Assembly: GCA_963752475.1 (NCBI GenBank)
Contig: CAVVYR010000007.1
Coordinates: forward strand, 320,001-384,000
Length of the DNA: 64,000 nt
Direction of reading: 5' to 3'
Source: an uncultured Chloroflexia bacterium
GTDB taxonomy: Bacteria; Chloroflexota; Limnocylindria; Limnocylindrales; CSP1-4
Part shown: in pieces, positions 1-12,100 of the stretch
Position numbering within the stretch: the first letter of the stretch is position 1
How the letters are laid out: each line of letters starts with the position of its first letter
Made by a program: the position numbers and the translations under genes
The notes under the pieces: model-generated
What the model saw: the letters and a program-made list of their open reading frames with translations, nothing else
Databases searched by the model: none
What the model was told of the DNA's origin: nothing

Positions 1-2
1 CT

Positions 3-1587
3 GGCACATATCTCACCCCCGTCGAGACGTCGGCCATCGCCGACGCCGACGCCTTGCCCGGCGGGGCCCTCATCGTGGTCCGAGGGTGGCTCTCCAGTCT
101 TCCATCGAGCGAGGCCTGCCCGGAAGTCCCCAGCGCGCTCGACCCGCACGACACCGGTGGTCGTGACTCGCCCTTCGTGCGCTGTCCCGGCGGCTGGCTG
201 ACCGCCGGCGAGGTGGTCGAGCTCGACCCCGACGACCCGACCAGTCCGCTCGCCTTCGGCATCCCGGTCCAATCCGGCGCGCTCGAGCGGTATGGGCGTC
301 AGAAGGACGAGCAGCCGGTCCCGGGGCCGGCGAGTTTCCTGCTGCGCCACGTGGTGAACCCGATCGACGGTGCCACCTCGGCACGCGCGTGGCTGGTCAT
401 CGGGCGCCTCGGGCCGATCAACGTCCCGGACGTCACCCCGCCGGCCGATCGTGCCGACATCGCCCGCCCGGGCGGGCTCGACTGGCAGCCGGGCATGGAC
501 CGGCAACCGCCGGCCGACGGCTGGTCGCTCGACTCGACGGCCTGGGACGGCGGTTTCGCATCGGTCCATCTGGGTCGCGACCGCGTGATGTCGTCGTGGG
601 TCTCGTCCGACGGCCGCAGCTGGGAAGGCACCGAGCTGCCGACCGGCATCGCGACGGTCTCGGCGCTGCTGCCGCTACGTGATGGCCTCGTGCTCATCGC
701 CAACGAGCTGCGCTTCGACGAGCCCTGGACCTACGAGGTCTGGGAGATCCTCCGACGGCCTGTCCTGGCGTCGCGTGTCGCGCCAGCGGGTCCCGCAGCC
801 GGACCGCTTCGACGGCTACCGGCGGAACGTCCAGGGCTTCTGGTCATTGGGCGACCGGATCGTGGCGCTCGCGACGTACACGACCACACCTTGCTGTGGC
901 CGATCGTCCGGTTGGACCGTCGTCGCGAACGACCGACGCGCGTCCGACGTCACCTTCGCCTGGACCAGCTCGAACGGCAAGCGCTGGAAGCGGCAGCGCA
1001 CGCGAGGCATTCCCAAGGACACGGTGGACTCGTTCGGTTATCTCGTCACCCAGGGCGACGGCGAACTGCTCGGGCGCTGGGGCGGGGCGGACCGGACGAT
1101 CGGGCGCACGACCGACGGGGCCCGCTGGCGGACGATCGGCGCTCTTCCCGACGGGTTCGACGTCTACTCGCCGTCACTGCTGGTCCGGACCGATGACGGC
1201 TTCGTGCTCGGTGACCGCGTCGAGGTGGAGGGACGCGCACGGGCACGCATGACCCTCTGGCGAAGTAGCGACGCGGAGCGATGGCAGCAGACGTTCGCAC
1301 GGTTCGGCGGCCGAGCCACGTCGATCGTGTCGAGCGGCAGCTCGGTCATCGTCGCCGGCAACGACGGCTACTCGCGTGGCACGGGCCACGAGCTCCCGTG
1401 GCTGCTGGTCTCGGACGACGGCGGCCGGACGTGGGACGAGAACGACACCTGGGTCGGTGACTCCGAGTGGTGCTTCGAGTCGCTCACCGCCAACGGTCCG
1501 ACCGTGACGCTCGACGCTGCCTGTGCCACGCCGGATGCAGCCTCGACATACGTGACCACGCTCGAGACCCAGGCCGGGGGTACCTGA
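3..1587 (+). CDS. Hypothetical protein with Asp-box/BNR-like repeats, 5'-truncated by window edge, frameshift near 743
   Basis: Frame open from the window start. ORF 54..1196 joins ORF 679..1587 at gtctgggagatcctccgac (VW-R-SSDGLSW after removing one g). Repeated WxSxDGxxW motifs (WVSSDGRSW, WTSSNGKRW, LVSDDGGRTW). Confidence 0.7.
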
Positions 1588-1589
1588 GG

Positions 1590-3072
1590 ATGGCGGTTCG
1601 TTCGATGGACAGACCCCTCCACTCGGGCGTGCTGCGCTCGGTGGCCGTGGTGCTCGCCCTCGTCACGCTCAGCGCATACGCGTCGATGGGGGCCGCCGGA
1701 GCCGATGCCGATGAGATACCGGCCTGGCGCGGCCGCTGGAACACCGAGGCCGAGCTCACGATCGAGCCGCGGACCGACGGATCCGTGGCGGTGGCAGCCG
1801 GCACCCCACATGGCGTGGTGGTGTGGGGCGGAGTCGCGCAGGACGGGCGGCTCTTGAACGATGGCCTGCTCATCGACTCGGCCGACCCATCCCACTGGCG
1901 GGTCATGCCCGAGTCCCCGCTCGCCCCGCGCCGCGACTACGGTTGGGCCTCGGTCGGCGACCGCGTCCTCGTCTGGGGCGGCGTCGACGAGGACGGTCGA
2001 CCACTCGATGACGGGGCGCTGTTCCAGCACGGCTGGATGTCGCTGCCACAGAGCCGAATGCCGGGCGGCCCAGCTTCGATGGCCGTCGCGGACTATCGAC
2101 TGTGGGTCGTCGCGACGGACCCTGACACCGGGCTCGCCAAGATCGAATCCATGGGCGTGGGTATCGAGGACGGCGCGAGCTGGGGCCTGGTGGCGGACGT
2201 GCCGCTGCCTTCGGGTGAGCGCTACGAGGTCGCCGGCTGCTGTGGCGACGAGGTCAACGAGCTCATCGTCTTCAGCATCATGCCCGATGGCTCCGCGGTG
2301 GCTGCGAGCTGGAACATCGGCGCCGCCCGGGCTCCCGACTTCATCGGCGGGGAGTGGACGCAGCTGGGCACGATCCCGGCTCCGGTCGGCGCGCCGGTCG
2401 TGGGTCGCGCCATCGAACAGCAGCTCGCGGCATGGGTGAGCCCCGTGGACCCCGCACCGGCGGACGCCGGCGATGGATCGGTCGCGGTCCTGCGGCAGGT
2501 CGGCTACGGCCAAGAGGAGCAATGGCGAACCGCGCCGTCGCCGGGTCGGCTCGGCGTCGCCTCGGGCCTGGTGCTCTCGCCGCGGCACCTCATCAGCCTC
2601 AGCGACCGGGCCGTCTACGATCTCGCCGACGAGCGCTGGCTACGGCTGCCCGAGCTCCACCGCCGGGCGAGCTTCGCCACGCCGACCGGTGCGGCGACGT
2701 GGTGGGATCGTGGCCGGCTCTGGGTCCTCGGCGGCGTGGCCCCCGACGGCACGATGCGCTCCGACTCTCCGCTCGTTCACGCCGCGGCTGCCCAAGGGCA
2801 CGTACACCCTGCCCATCGGCCCGATGCCGCTGTGGAAGACGGATGCGGGCACCTGCTACTACGTGGGCGAGCCGGGCACCTGGACGCTCCGGGGCGATCC
2901 CCGGTCCCGGCCGCGCGTGTGGATGCAGCAGGGCGCTCGCACCGAGCCGCTCCGGCTCCCCGATGGCTGGCACGCTCGGTTCGGACCGAAGCTCTCGATC
3001 ACCGACTCCACCGGCGCGGTGCGCTTCCGCGGAGGCGAGACGTGCGAGGGCAACACGGGTACCGGTGGATGA
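1590..3072 (+). CDS. Secreted Kelch-like beta-propeller protein, frameshift near 2765
   Basis: Hydrophobic N-terminal signal; repeated VWGG/VLGG motifs. C-terminus continues in the frame of ORF 2473..3072. Confidence 0.65.
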
Positions 3073-3193
3073 AGCACACACGGAAGCGCCTGAGACACCC
3101 GGACGACCCGGCTGGGAACCGGACGGTCACGTCGAGCGTCTCCCCAGGTTGCCCGAGGACGGAGTCCGTCGTGGTCCGCGAGGAGTCTGGCCC

Positions 3194-4595
3194 ATGACCG
3201 ACCGACGACGTATCGTCGCGGCTCTGTCCCTCGTCGCGTTGCTCGCGCTGCCGGCCGCTGTCATGGCCCAGTCGCCGTCGCCCTCGGACCCGGACGCCGG
3301 GTTCGTCGAGATCGTCGGGCCCGACCCACGCGGTCCTGCCCCGTCGCCACCGATCGGCCCAGCCTGGCAGGTCGGCCTCGAGCGCTCGTTCTGGAACGTG
3401 GGCGACGTCGACCTCGTCGCCTGCGAGGGTGGCTTCACGCTGCTGGGCTGCGTGCACGACAAGCTCGCCGGGCAACGGTACCGGTCGCGTGGACTCGTGT
3501 GGACCTCGTCCGATGGCTTCGAGTGGTCGCGTGCCGGGACCCTCCGACCGAGCAACGACCCCATCGAGGACGAGTGGGCGGTCTTCGACCTCGTGGAGTA
3601 CGGGGGTGAGCTTCTTGCGCTCGGTGCTGAGGGTCGGCGCCTCGTGGTGTGGCGTTCGCGCGACTGCGGCGAGACGTGGGGGCGCCTGCGCGACCGCCCG
3701 GTGTTCTCGGTCGGTCGGAAGGCCCTCTCGCTCGACTTCGTGCGTGGTGTGGCCACCGACGACACGTTGCTCGTGCTCGGGACCCAGGCCGGCGAGATGA
3801 TCCCGTACCGGCGGTGGGCCTGGACCCTCGACGAGCGCGGCTGGCGTCGCATCCGCGGTGGCCTCGAGGGCGTGGTCGACTTCGGCCTCGTCTCGGATGG
3901 CCGGCGGTTCCTGGCCAACCGCGAGGAACACATCTCCGGAGCCCGGCGGGCGGGCCGACTCATCACCTCGACAGACGGTCGCCGCTGGCAGGAGCTCGGC
4001 GTTCTTCCCGACGACAGCCGGTCGGTGGTCCCTGACCCTGTCCGTGATCGCGTGTTGGCCCAATCCAGTGTCTACGGCGATGGCTGGATCAGCCGCGAGT
4101 TCCAGGCCTCCACCGATGACGAGACATGGAGCCCCGCGGTTCGCGTGGCTCCTGCCCCCGAGGCACCCGTCGGGCACGCTCTTCGAGGTTGACGGCGCGC
4201 TGGTCTGGATCTTCGATGTGTGGGACGACACCGACAGCAACGCCTGGAGCTGGATCGCGCTCTCCGAGGACGGCGGCTCGACCTGGACCGTGAGCGTGGG
4301 CCACCCGGACATGCGACTGGCCGGGCTACGGTCGGTCGCGGCCACCGACGAGGCGATCGTCCTCGCCTTCACGGGCGAGGGCTTCGATGCCATCAAGACC
4401 TGGACCCTGCCGCGACATCTCGTGCCCACGGGGCGGATCAATGAGCGGTCCATCGGCCCCGACGCCTCCGATGACTGGGGGTTCGCCTGCCCGGTCGGCG
4501 ATGTCGTGCTCCTCCTCGTCGGCAGCGTCGCCGATCCGGCCACGATGCCGCGGCTGGTCCTTGAGGCGCTGCCCGGGGCCGCGAGCGAATCATGA
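3194..4595 (+). CDS. Secreted Asp-box repeat protein, frameshift near 4150-4190
   Basis: AGGAG RBS upstream of ATG 3194; signal peptide ending AVMA-Q; WTSSDGFEW, TSTDGRRW and LSEDGGSTW motifs. Continues in the frame of ORF 3858..4595. Confidence 0.7.
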
Positions 4596-6654
4596 AGACG
4601 CGACAGCGGACTGCGTGGGTCCCTCGAGTGCTGGCCGCCGCGCTGGTCCTGGCCATGATGGCGATACCCCTGTCGTCCGTTCCGGCGGTCGAGGACCGCG
4701 GCGATGACATGGCCGTGGAAGCTGCTGCGGAGATCTGGCAACGCGCCGAGTCGACGGACGGGACCAGACTCGGGTTCAGCGGTCTCACGACCTGGGGCGA
4801 TGGGTTCGCCGCGCTCGGCTGGCCTCAGGGCTCCCGCTGGCGGGGGGAGGCTGTCACGGTGCCGGTGTGGCTGACGGACGACGGGGCCGAATGGCGGGAG
4901 ACCGGGTCCATCACGTTGCCCCGGAAGCGGACACGCGCGAGTCATATCGTCGAGCTCGACGGCAAGCTCTTCGTCATCGGCACCGAGGGTCGACGCTTGG
5001 TCGTCTGGCGATCACCCGACGGCGAGTGGTGGCGTCGCCTGAACGGTCGAGCGTCGTTCGAGGCGAACCCGCCAGGGACCGGCAACCGGTTCTTCATCGA
5101 CATCAGCGACGTGGCCACCGGGCTCGGCCAACTCGTCGTCTCGGGGGACTACTGGACACGTGACCCGGATCCGGCGGTCGAGCCGGTCATCTGGACGTAC
5201 GACGGCGAACGCCGCTGGCGGCGAACCTACCCAACCCTGCCACCACCGGACAACGCGGTCTGGAACCTCGCCGTGCTGCCGCGGTCCTTCATCGGCATCG
5301 TCGACACGAACAGGCCGATCGACTGCCTCTACGGCGACTCGGCCAACCGGCTCCTCGGCTCCGCTGACGGTCGCGAGTGGACGCGGGTCAAGGGCGCCAG
5401 GCCGATGTGCGGCCTGCAGGACATCACCTTCGATGTCCTGAGCGCGCGCTACTACGCGCTCGCCAACGCAGCCGTCGACGACGCCACCGATGTCGTGCTC
5501 GCGAGCGACGACCTGCGCACCTGGGAGGAGGTCTATCGACTGCCCGAGACGTGGGATGGCGAGGGCTGGGCGCCCGGCGCCATGGGTATCGAGAGCGCGG
5601 GCGGCGGCATCGTCGTCGTGGGTGAGGCCGAGTGGGACGACCGCGACGGCGGCACCGTCTGGGTCGCGACTTCGCCCGATGGAGAGGAGTGGGAGCTTCA
5701 CGCCGACTGGATGGCCGAACGGGAGAGGCTCGGAGATCAGGGCATGGGGCGTCGGCGACGAGCGAGTCGTCGTCAGCCTGGAACGGATCGACGTGGTATG
5801 CCGACCTTGACGAACTGGGGATCCGGTCGATCGAGCCACTGGGCAAGCGGGAGCAGAACCGGGCCGACCGAGCCAGCGGCACGATCAACGGCATCCTCGC
5901 CGACGAGCGGCCGGACATCTACATCGGCGGCGCGGTCTCGAGCGCGCCCGGTGGCGCGCCGTCGGTCTACGTCAAGGGTCCCGCTCCGCGGATGCTGCAC
6001 GACCTCATCGCGGACACCGGCTACCCCATCGACATCGTTGACGAGCAGCCGTACGACCGGGCGGAGCTCGAGGAGCGCGCCGAGCGCGTCCATCAGGCAC
6101 TCGTCGACGCGGGCTATCCGAACGTGGCCACCGCGACCGACATCATCGGCGGCGGGGTCATCCCGGTGTGGGTCCAGCAGATGGGCGATCTCCCGGCCGA
6201 TCGCGACGGCATCCTCGCCTTCGTGCCAGAGGACCTGCGAGCCGACGTCGCCCTCGATGTCACCGTGGCCCCGCCCCGCCCATCGGCCGAGCCCGAGGCG
6301 TGGGGTCCGCTCGCGGTCGTCTACCGCCCGCAGGGCTTCGGTCCGGGTGTCGGGCTGGGACCGGTGACGCTGCGGATCAGCGACCGGTGTGTCACCGCGA
6401 AGTCGATCAGGGGCGGGCGGGCGATGACGCTCGTGTGGGAGGGCAACCACGTCGACTGGCGCCCGGGGCAGGAGCGGATCGTCTTCACGGACCGCAAGGG
6501 TCGGACCGCCCGCCTCTCCGACGGCCATCGCATCGAGGGCGGTGGCGTGAGCATCTGGTGGACAGCCGTGAACGAGGACGACTGGCTGCAGGAGCCACAT
6601 CGCTCCTGCCCTGGGCAGCTGTTCTTCCTGACCGAAGTGAACGTGAGGAAGTGA
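4592..6654 (+). CDS. Secreted multidomain Asp-box repeat protein, frameshifts near 5725-5790
   Basis: ATGA overlap with the previous gene; signal peptide; WLTDDGAEW, WRSPDGEW and ATSPDGEEW motifs. C-terminal half is in ORF 5632..6654. Confidence 0.65.
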
Positions 6655-7635
6655 CCGAGATGATGCGATCCATGGCCGCGGCCCTGGCCGTGGCACTGCT
6701 GCTGCCAGGCGGAGTCGCAGGACAGGACGACGAGCCCGAGCGATGCCCTCGGGGTGAGCTGACGAATGCCGACCGCCTCGAGCTGACCCGTCCCTGGGTC
6801 GAGGGCCTCTCATCCTTCTACGCGACCGGCGATGCCTCCGCGCTCGAGGCGCTGAGTACACCCAACGGGCTCGAACGACTCGACGCATTCGATTGGCGCT
6901 TCCGAGCGGTGCGTGACGGTCGCGTTCAATTCGAGGAGTCGGCCGAGATCGTCGAGTTCGACGATTGGCACGAGTGGTGCGTAGATCGCAGGAAGCGCGT
7001 GCAGCTGGATATCGCACCGGTCTACGACATCGCACCCGGTGCACGAACACCCTCGACCTCGAGCGGCAGGGTCGTGGAAGCGGTCGAGGGTGGTCAACGA
7101 CGAACCCTCAGCCTCACGTTCGTTCGGGAGCCCGAGACGCAGGCATGGCTGGTCGATGATGTGTCAGAAGGCCTTCACTGGCCTCGGTATGTCCAGCCGC
7201 GTCCGGCCAAACCCTGTCCGGGACTGAAGAACACGGCACGTGCGGCTGACCCATGGAACCTGGAGCCCTGGTGCACAGCCAACGGCGACGGTCGTAAGGT
7301 CTTCGAGTGGCGAGGCAAGCCCGGTGGCGAACTCGCCATCGGCAAGGTGACATGCTGGGCCGGAGCACACTCGATCATGCTCGGCCTGCCACCCGGGACA
7401 CCGATCGGCTTCGGCAACGTCCGCGAGTACGTCCGGGACCCAACGCGGAACGTCTCCAGACGGAGATCGCTACCGGCGCGACTTCCGCCCGCCCAAGGAC
7501 GCGATCTCGACCGGCATCACCAACGGCCACGGCACGATCTGGACGAGCGAGAAGCTCGGCGACGAATGGCTCATCGTGCAGGTCGGAGACCGTTTCGAAC
7601 GCTGGCCAGCCACGGTCGCCTGCCCAGCGAACTAG
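6651..7635 (+). CDS. Secreted hypothetical protein, frameshift near 7465
   Basis: GTGA overlap (alternative start ATG 6660); signal peptide ending VAG-Q. The C-terminus ...VQVGDRFERWPATVACPAN* ends in TAG 7633-7635, which is the IS target site. Confidence 0.65.
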
Positions 7636-8808
7636 TGCCTCATGCCGCAATGGCGGGGAGCGAATGATGGACCTCGGCCTTGATGCGCCAGGGCTTGGCT
7701 GGGCGGCAGTTCCGGTTGTGCCAGCGGAGGTAGGCATGGATGGCCGCACCCTGCTCGTCGTGGCTGGCGTGGTCGCTGCCGTTGAGCGCGAAGCGCCGGA
7801 GGGCCTGGAACTGGCACTCGATGAGGTTGAGCCAGCTCGCGTAGGTGGGCAGGTACACGAGTTCGATGTCGTGCGCGTCGGCCCACTCGCGGAGTTCCTT
7901 CTTGAGATGCGGGCTGAAGTTGTCGAGCACCACGATGAGGTGCTCGTCGAAGCGGGCCCGCAGCGAGCGCAGCAGCTCGCGCACCTCGCGCCAGGTCTTG
8001 GTCGCGCGGATGTGGCCGTAGAGCTTGCCGCTCGCGGGATCGTAGGCCGCGAGCAGCTGGCGCACGCCCGCGGTGCGCGTGTAGGTGGCCCGGAGGCGGG
8101 CCGGGTGCTTGCTCGGATGCCAGCCCGCTCCGAGGCGTGGCTGCAGGTTCAAGGGGCCGAACTCGTCGAGGCAGAGCACCCGGCTGCCCGCGGGCGGATG
8201 GGCGTAGAGGTCGAGCACGCGGTTCTTCTTGGCCTCGAAGTCCGGATCGGGCGAGGCCTTCCAGGTCTTGTGGTGCAGGAAGCGGATGCCATGCTCACGC
8301 AGGATGCGCCGGAGCTGGCTCCCGCTGATGGTCGGCACCACTCGCGTCCGGAGCAGGTGGTCGCGCAGCTTGGTCAGACTCCAGTCGGTGAAGGGCTCAC
8401 CGAGGTCTCGGGGACGGGCGAGAGCCACCTTCACGATGGCCGCGCGCTGGGCCTCATCGATCCGGCGTGGTCGGCCCCCGCCCTTCCGAGGGTCCAGGGC
8501 CGCGAAGCCCCGCTCGTCGAAGGCGTGGATGAGTTCGGCCACGTGCGTCGCGCTGGCGCGGTGCAGCCGCGCGATCTCGGGCACGCTCTGGCCCTGGAAC
8601 GAGGCGAAGAGGAGCATCGCCCGGTGCTGCGTGGTCGGGTTCGTACTGCGACGAGCGAGCCTGAGCAGGTGCATCGCCTCCCCATCGCTGAGCTCACGGA
8701 TGAACAACTCGGGCCGGCGGGCCATCTGCACCTCCCTGCGACGACGGGCCGAGGATCGACCCTTGCGACAGTGCGATTACCTACCGGACATTATGAATCG
8801 AGGCACTA
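7633..8808 (-). mobile_element. IS630-family insertion sequence, apparently complete
   Basis: Terminal inverted repeats ctagtgcctc (7632-7641) and gaggcactag (8800-8809), extending imperfectly to about 29 bp; TA duplication within CTAG; encloses the transposase. Confidence 0.92.
7640..8731 (-). CDS. IS630-family DDE transposase
   Basis: N-terminal HTH region; catalytic motifs LCLDEFGP, VVLDNFSPH and YLPTYASWLNLIE. Confidence 0.95.
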   Translation of the reverse strand: MQMARRPELFIRELSDGEAMHLLRLARRSTNPTTQHRAMLLFASFQGQSVPEIARLHRASATHVAELIHAFDERGFAALDPRKGGGRPRRIDEAQRAAIVKVALARPRDLGEPFTDWSLTKLRDHLLRTRVVPTISGSQLRRILREHGIRFLHHKTWKASPDPDFEAKKNRVLDLYAHPPAGSRVLCLDEFGPLNLQPRLGAGWHPSKHPARLRATYTRTAGVRQLLAAYDPASGKLYGHIRATKTWREVRELLRSLRARFDEHLIVVLDNFSPHLKKELREWADAHDIELVYLPTYASWLNLIECQFQALRRFALNGSDHASHDEQGAAIHAYLRWHNRNCRPAKPWRIKAEVHHSLPAIAA

Positions 8809-8890
8809 GCCAGCCGGCAGTCGCAGATCGAAGCGCGGCGTACGGCTCCAGCCGATCTGACGGCTCGGAGGCGCGAGTGACCCCAAGACC

Positions 8891-8919
8891 GAAGCGGAGT
8901 CCATGACGGCTCCGCTTTC
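8891..8919. terminator. Stem-loop, possible intrinsic terminator
   Basis: gaagcggag...ctccgcttt inverted repeat downstream of the secreted-protein run. Confidence 0.45.
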
Positions 8920-9014
8920 GTGATTCCTGGTGAGGTTTCCTTCACTTCCCTTGCCCGGAGCTCGCGACATGCGGGAGGCTGTGTGGGCACCACTGGTGCG
9001 ATAGGGGGAACACG

Positions 9015-10211
9015 ATGAGACGAGTGGCGACCGGCATCACGCTCGCGGCACTGGTCGGGGCCATGCTGGCCGGACCGGCGACCGCTGCTGACACGGAGAA
9101 CTGGGTCTTCGATGCCTGCCTCACGGTCGAGGGACAGCAGGATGCCCTGTACGCCTTCGGCGACACCGACGAGGCCGTAGCCGAGGAGGTGATGGCCGGC
9201 AACGCCGACGTCATCGGCGCCGGCGGATCGTGCGGTCGGCAACGCAAGCCGACGGTGGCGGTGCCGGTCGAAGGCCTCGTCGACATCGGCCGGGCGAGAT
9301 GGTCCGAACTGGTCTTTCGCGACGGCGGTCGGAAGCTGGACGTGTACTTCAGCGCCGGCGTGCCCAGTTGCAAGGCGCTCGACCGAGTCGAAGTCACGGT
9401 CGGCGAGGCGGGACTCGACGTCGGCGTATTCGTCGGCTCATACCCGCCCGCAGAGGGTATGGCCTGCCCCGCGGTGCTGCACAGCTGGGTCACGACGGTC
9501 GACCTCACCGACCCCATCGCCTTCGGCAGCAGCAGGGAACGCGATGAGGCCTGGCGCGAGTGGCAGGACGAGGTCCGCGAGATCAAGCTGGCCGCCATCC
9601 ACCAGTTGGCTGACGTGATGCCGGGCACCATCCGATTCGTCACCGACGAGCTGGGCCGAGAGGACTTCCGCTTCACCTCAGAAGGCCGGGCATATGCCCT
9701 GCAGTACTTCGACGACCCCGAGACCACGCGGGACACCCTCGTGAACTACCTCCTCGAGCGCGAGGGGCTGAAGCCACGGTATCCGGCCACGCCCGGTCAG
9801 GAGCCGTTTTCAGAGGAATGGCTCGAGCTCGGCCAGGTCACGGTCGAGGATGGGGGTGACTCGTGGGTCGCGGACTGCGACTTCGTGAAGGAGGACAAGT
9901 GCCGCGGCGCGGCGGAGACCTTCGTGGACAACCTCTCGAGATCGAATCGGGCCGTGCGGGAGTCGAGTGGGGGCGAGATCTCGATCGAGCGTCGCTCTGC
10001 CTGTCCGAAGATGCCCAGGGGCTTCATCCGCTCAGCTTGCTGGCAGGCGACCGCGGAGGGGCCGGATGGTCCGGTCTGCATGGTCCTGGCCAAGATGTCG
10101 AAGGGCTTCATCGAGAAGAGCGGGTCGGAGCTCGGCTTCGGCCAGGTCGGCGGAGATCTTCTGGCTGGTCTGGCCGGCGATCCGCCCAAGGGCTGGCCGA
10201 CCTGCGAGTGA
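9015..10211 (+). CDS. Secreted Cys-containing hypothetical protein
   Basis: GGGGG RBS-like run; signal peptide ending ATAA-D; several Cys pairs; GC3-rich codon usage. Confidence 0.75.
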   Translation: MRRVATGITLAALVGAMLAGPATAADTENWVFDACLTVEGQQDALYAFGDTDEAVAEEVMAGNADVIGAGGSCGRQRKPTVAVPVEGLVDIGRARWSELVFRDGGRKLDVYFSAGVPSCKALDRVEVTVGEAGLDVGVFVGSYPPAEGMACPAVLHSWVTTVDLTDPIAFGSSRERDEAWREWQDEVREIKLAAIHQLADVMPGTIRFVTDELGREDFRFTSEGRAYALQYFDDPETTRDTLVNYLLEREGLKPRYPATPGQEPFSEEWLELGQVTVEDGGDSWVADCDFVKEDKCRGAAETFVDNLSRSNRAVRESSGGEISIERRSACPKMPRGFIRSACWQATAEGPDGPVCMVLAKMSKGFIEKSGSELGFGQVGGDLLAGLAGDPPKGWPTCE

Positions 10212-10214
10212 CCC

Positions 10215-11214
10215 TCAGCTCGCGTCCGAGCGTGCCCAGAAGTTCCTGACCATGTCGGCGAGACGACGCTTCGTGTCCTCGTCGGCGAAGGAGGCGGCGA
10301 TGGCGTAGCGGGTGTGGCGCTCGACGTCGAGTTCGATGAGCGCTGCCACCTGGCGCAGGTCGCCGGCGACCGAACACCCGAAGTACGTCGGGTCGTCGCT
10401 GTTGATGGTCACGCGGGCGCCACGCTCGATGAGCTCGACCACCGGATGCTCGGCCCACGATGAGACCACGCCGGTGCGGATATTGGAGGTGGGGCAGACC
10501 TCCAGCGGTACCTGCTCGGCCACGAGGTGCTCCACCAGCTTCGGATCCTCCACCGCGCGCACGCCATGGCCGATGCGATCGACGCCCAGCTCACGCAACG
10601 CCGTCCACACGTTCTCAGGGCCGCCGGCCTCGCCGGCATGCACGGTTCGCCCCAGGCCAGCCTCGCCTGCACGGCGGTAGACCTCGGCATACGGCCCGGG
10701 TGGGAAGTCGTGCTCGGAGCCGCCGATGGTGATGCCCACGATGCCCGCCTCATCGGCGACCTCGATGATCTCTTCGAGCGTCCGCGCGCACCAGGCGGGC
10801 CCGGTGTCACGCACAAGGTCCACCAGCAGGTTCACCTGCGTGCCCTCGACGCGATCGAGCCCGCGCCGGACGGCCACGGCGATCTCAGCCACCGGCAGCT
10901 CGTGCTGGCGGAAGTCGGTGGGCGAGATCGAGGCCTCGGCATAGACGATGTGCTGCGCGGCCAGCGAGCGCGCGACCGCCTCGGCGACCGCGGTCCAGTC
11001 GTCGGCCGTCCTGATGAACGGCAGCATCCACTGCCAGGTCTCGATGAAGTGGGGGAAGTCGCGGTACTCGAAGCGCGACGTCATGGCTTCGAGCGTGGGT
11101 GTCTCGGGATCGCCGTACGCCTGCACCAGCTCGCCACAGCGCCTCGGGCGGGATCGCGCCCTCGAGATGGAGGTGGAGCTCGACCTTGGGTGCGAGATCC
11201 AGGTCATCGGGCAT
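10215..11214 (-). CDS. add: Adenosine deaminase, frameshift near 11130
   Basis: N-terminus MPDDLDLAPKVELHLHLEGAI in one frame; HAGE, RIGHG, EVCPTSN and INSDDP motifs in ORF 10215..11207. Confidence 0.92.
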
Positions 11215-11269
11215 GAACCGAGGGTAGCGAATACACCGGACGAGTGGCATCGGCGGTACGCTGTCTGGC

Positions 11270-12100
11270 GTGTCCGTGACCATCACCACGCGTGGCCTGC
11301 TCGCCATCGCCCTCACCTGCGCCCTCGCGCTGGCTCCTGGTGCCAGCCTGGCCCAGGACGAGACCCCCGGGCCGTCGCCCTCGGCCGAGCCGATCACGAG
11401 TCCGGCGGGCGATTGGGTGGTGACGGCGTTCGACGCCTGGGAGCAGGGGCTGGCCGAGCCATTGCCCGGCAGCACACTGCGCCTCAGCCTGCTCGACGAC
11501 GGGACGCTCGACGGCGAGACCGCTTGCGGCCGCTTCACGGGTGGCTGGTCGGCCGAAGGCGCTGAGCTGTTCATGGGCGTCGCCCCCACCGGCAACCTCG
11601 GCTGTGCCCAGGAGCCGACCGCCGAGGCCATCGGGCTGTCGACCGCGCTGGCTGCCGTCGCGACCTGGGAGGCGATCGACGACGCGATCGAGCTCCGCGA
11701 TGCGTTCGGGGCCACCCGCGTGGTGCTCGGGACCGACAGCGCTGGCGATCCGATCGGGGAGTGGGACATCGTCCGCTTCCAGCGACCGAACGGCGAGATG
11801 CGCGAACCGCGCGCCGATGGCCCCATGACCGTGACGCTCGGCGACGACGTCATCGGCGGCGACACCGGCTGCCGGCCGCTCGTAGGGGCCTATGCCCTCG
11901 ATGGCGCCGGAATCACGCTGGGCCCGCTCGAGGCCGACGGGGAGGCGTGCGACGGTCCTCTTGCCAGGGCGGAGCGTCAACTGCTACGGGCGCTTGGCGA
12001 GGTCGTGTACTGGCGACAAACGGGCGCTGCGCTGACGCTCCTTGACGGCTTCGATGAGCCGCTCGTGGACCTCATCCGCGTGCCCGAAGCGGAGGAGTGA
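11270..12100 (+). CDS. Secreted META/HslJ-domain protein with two domains
   Basis: Signal peptide; two G-x-T-x-C...C repeats typical of META domains; TACGCT 7 nt before GTG. Confidence 0.8.
   Translation: MSVTITTRGLLAIALTCALALAPGASLAQDETPGPSPSAEPITSPAGDWVVTAFDAWEQGLAEPLPGSTLRLSLLDDGTLDGETACGRFTGGWSAEGAELFMGVAPTGNLGCAQEPTAEAIGLSTALAAVATWEAIDDAIELRDAFGATRVVLGTDSAGDPIGEWDIVRFQRPNGEMREPRADGPMTVTLGDDVIGGDTGCRPLVGAYALDGAGITLGPLEADGEACDGPLARAERQLLRALGEVVYWRQTGAALTLLDGFDEPLVDLIRVPEAEE

Noticed and set aside
7307-8809. Long antisense ORFs (7307..8809, 25197..26984, 36866..38575, 43280..44956 and others)
   Set aside because: Shadow frames of real high-GC genes with no recognisable motifs.
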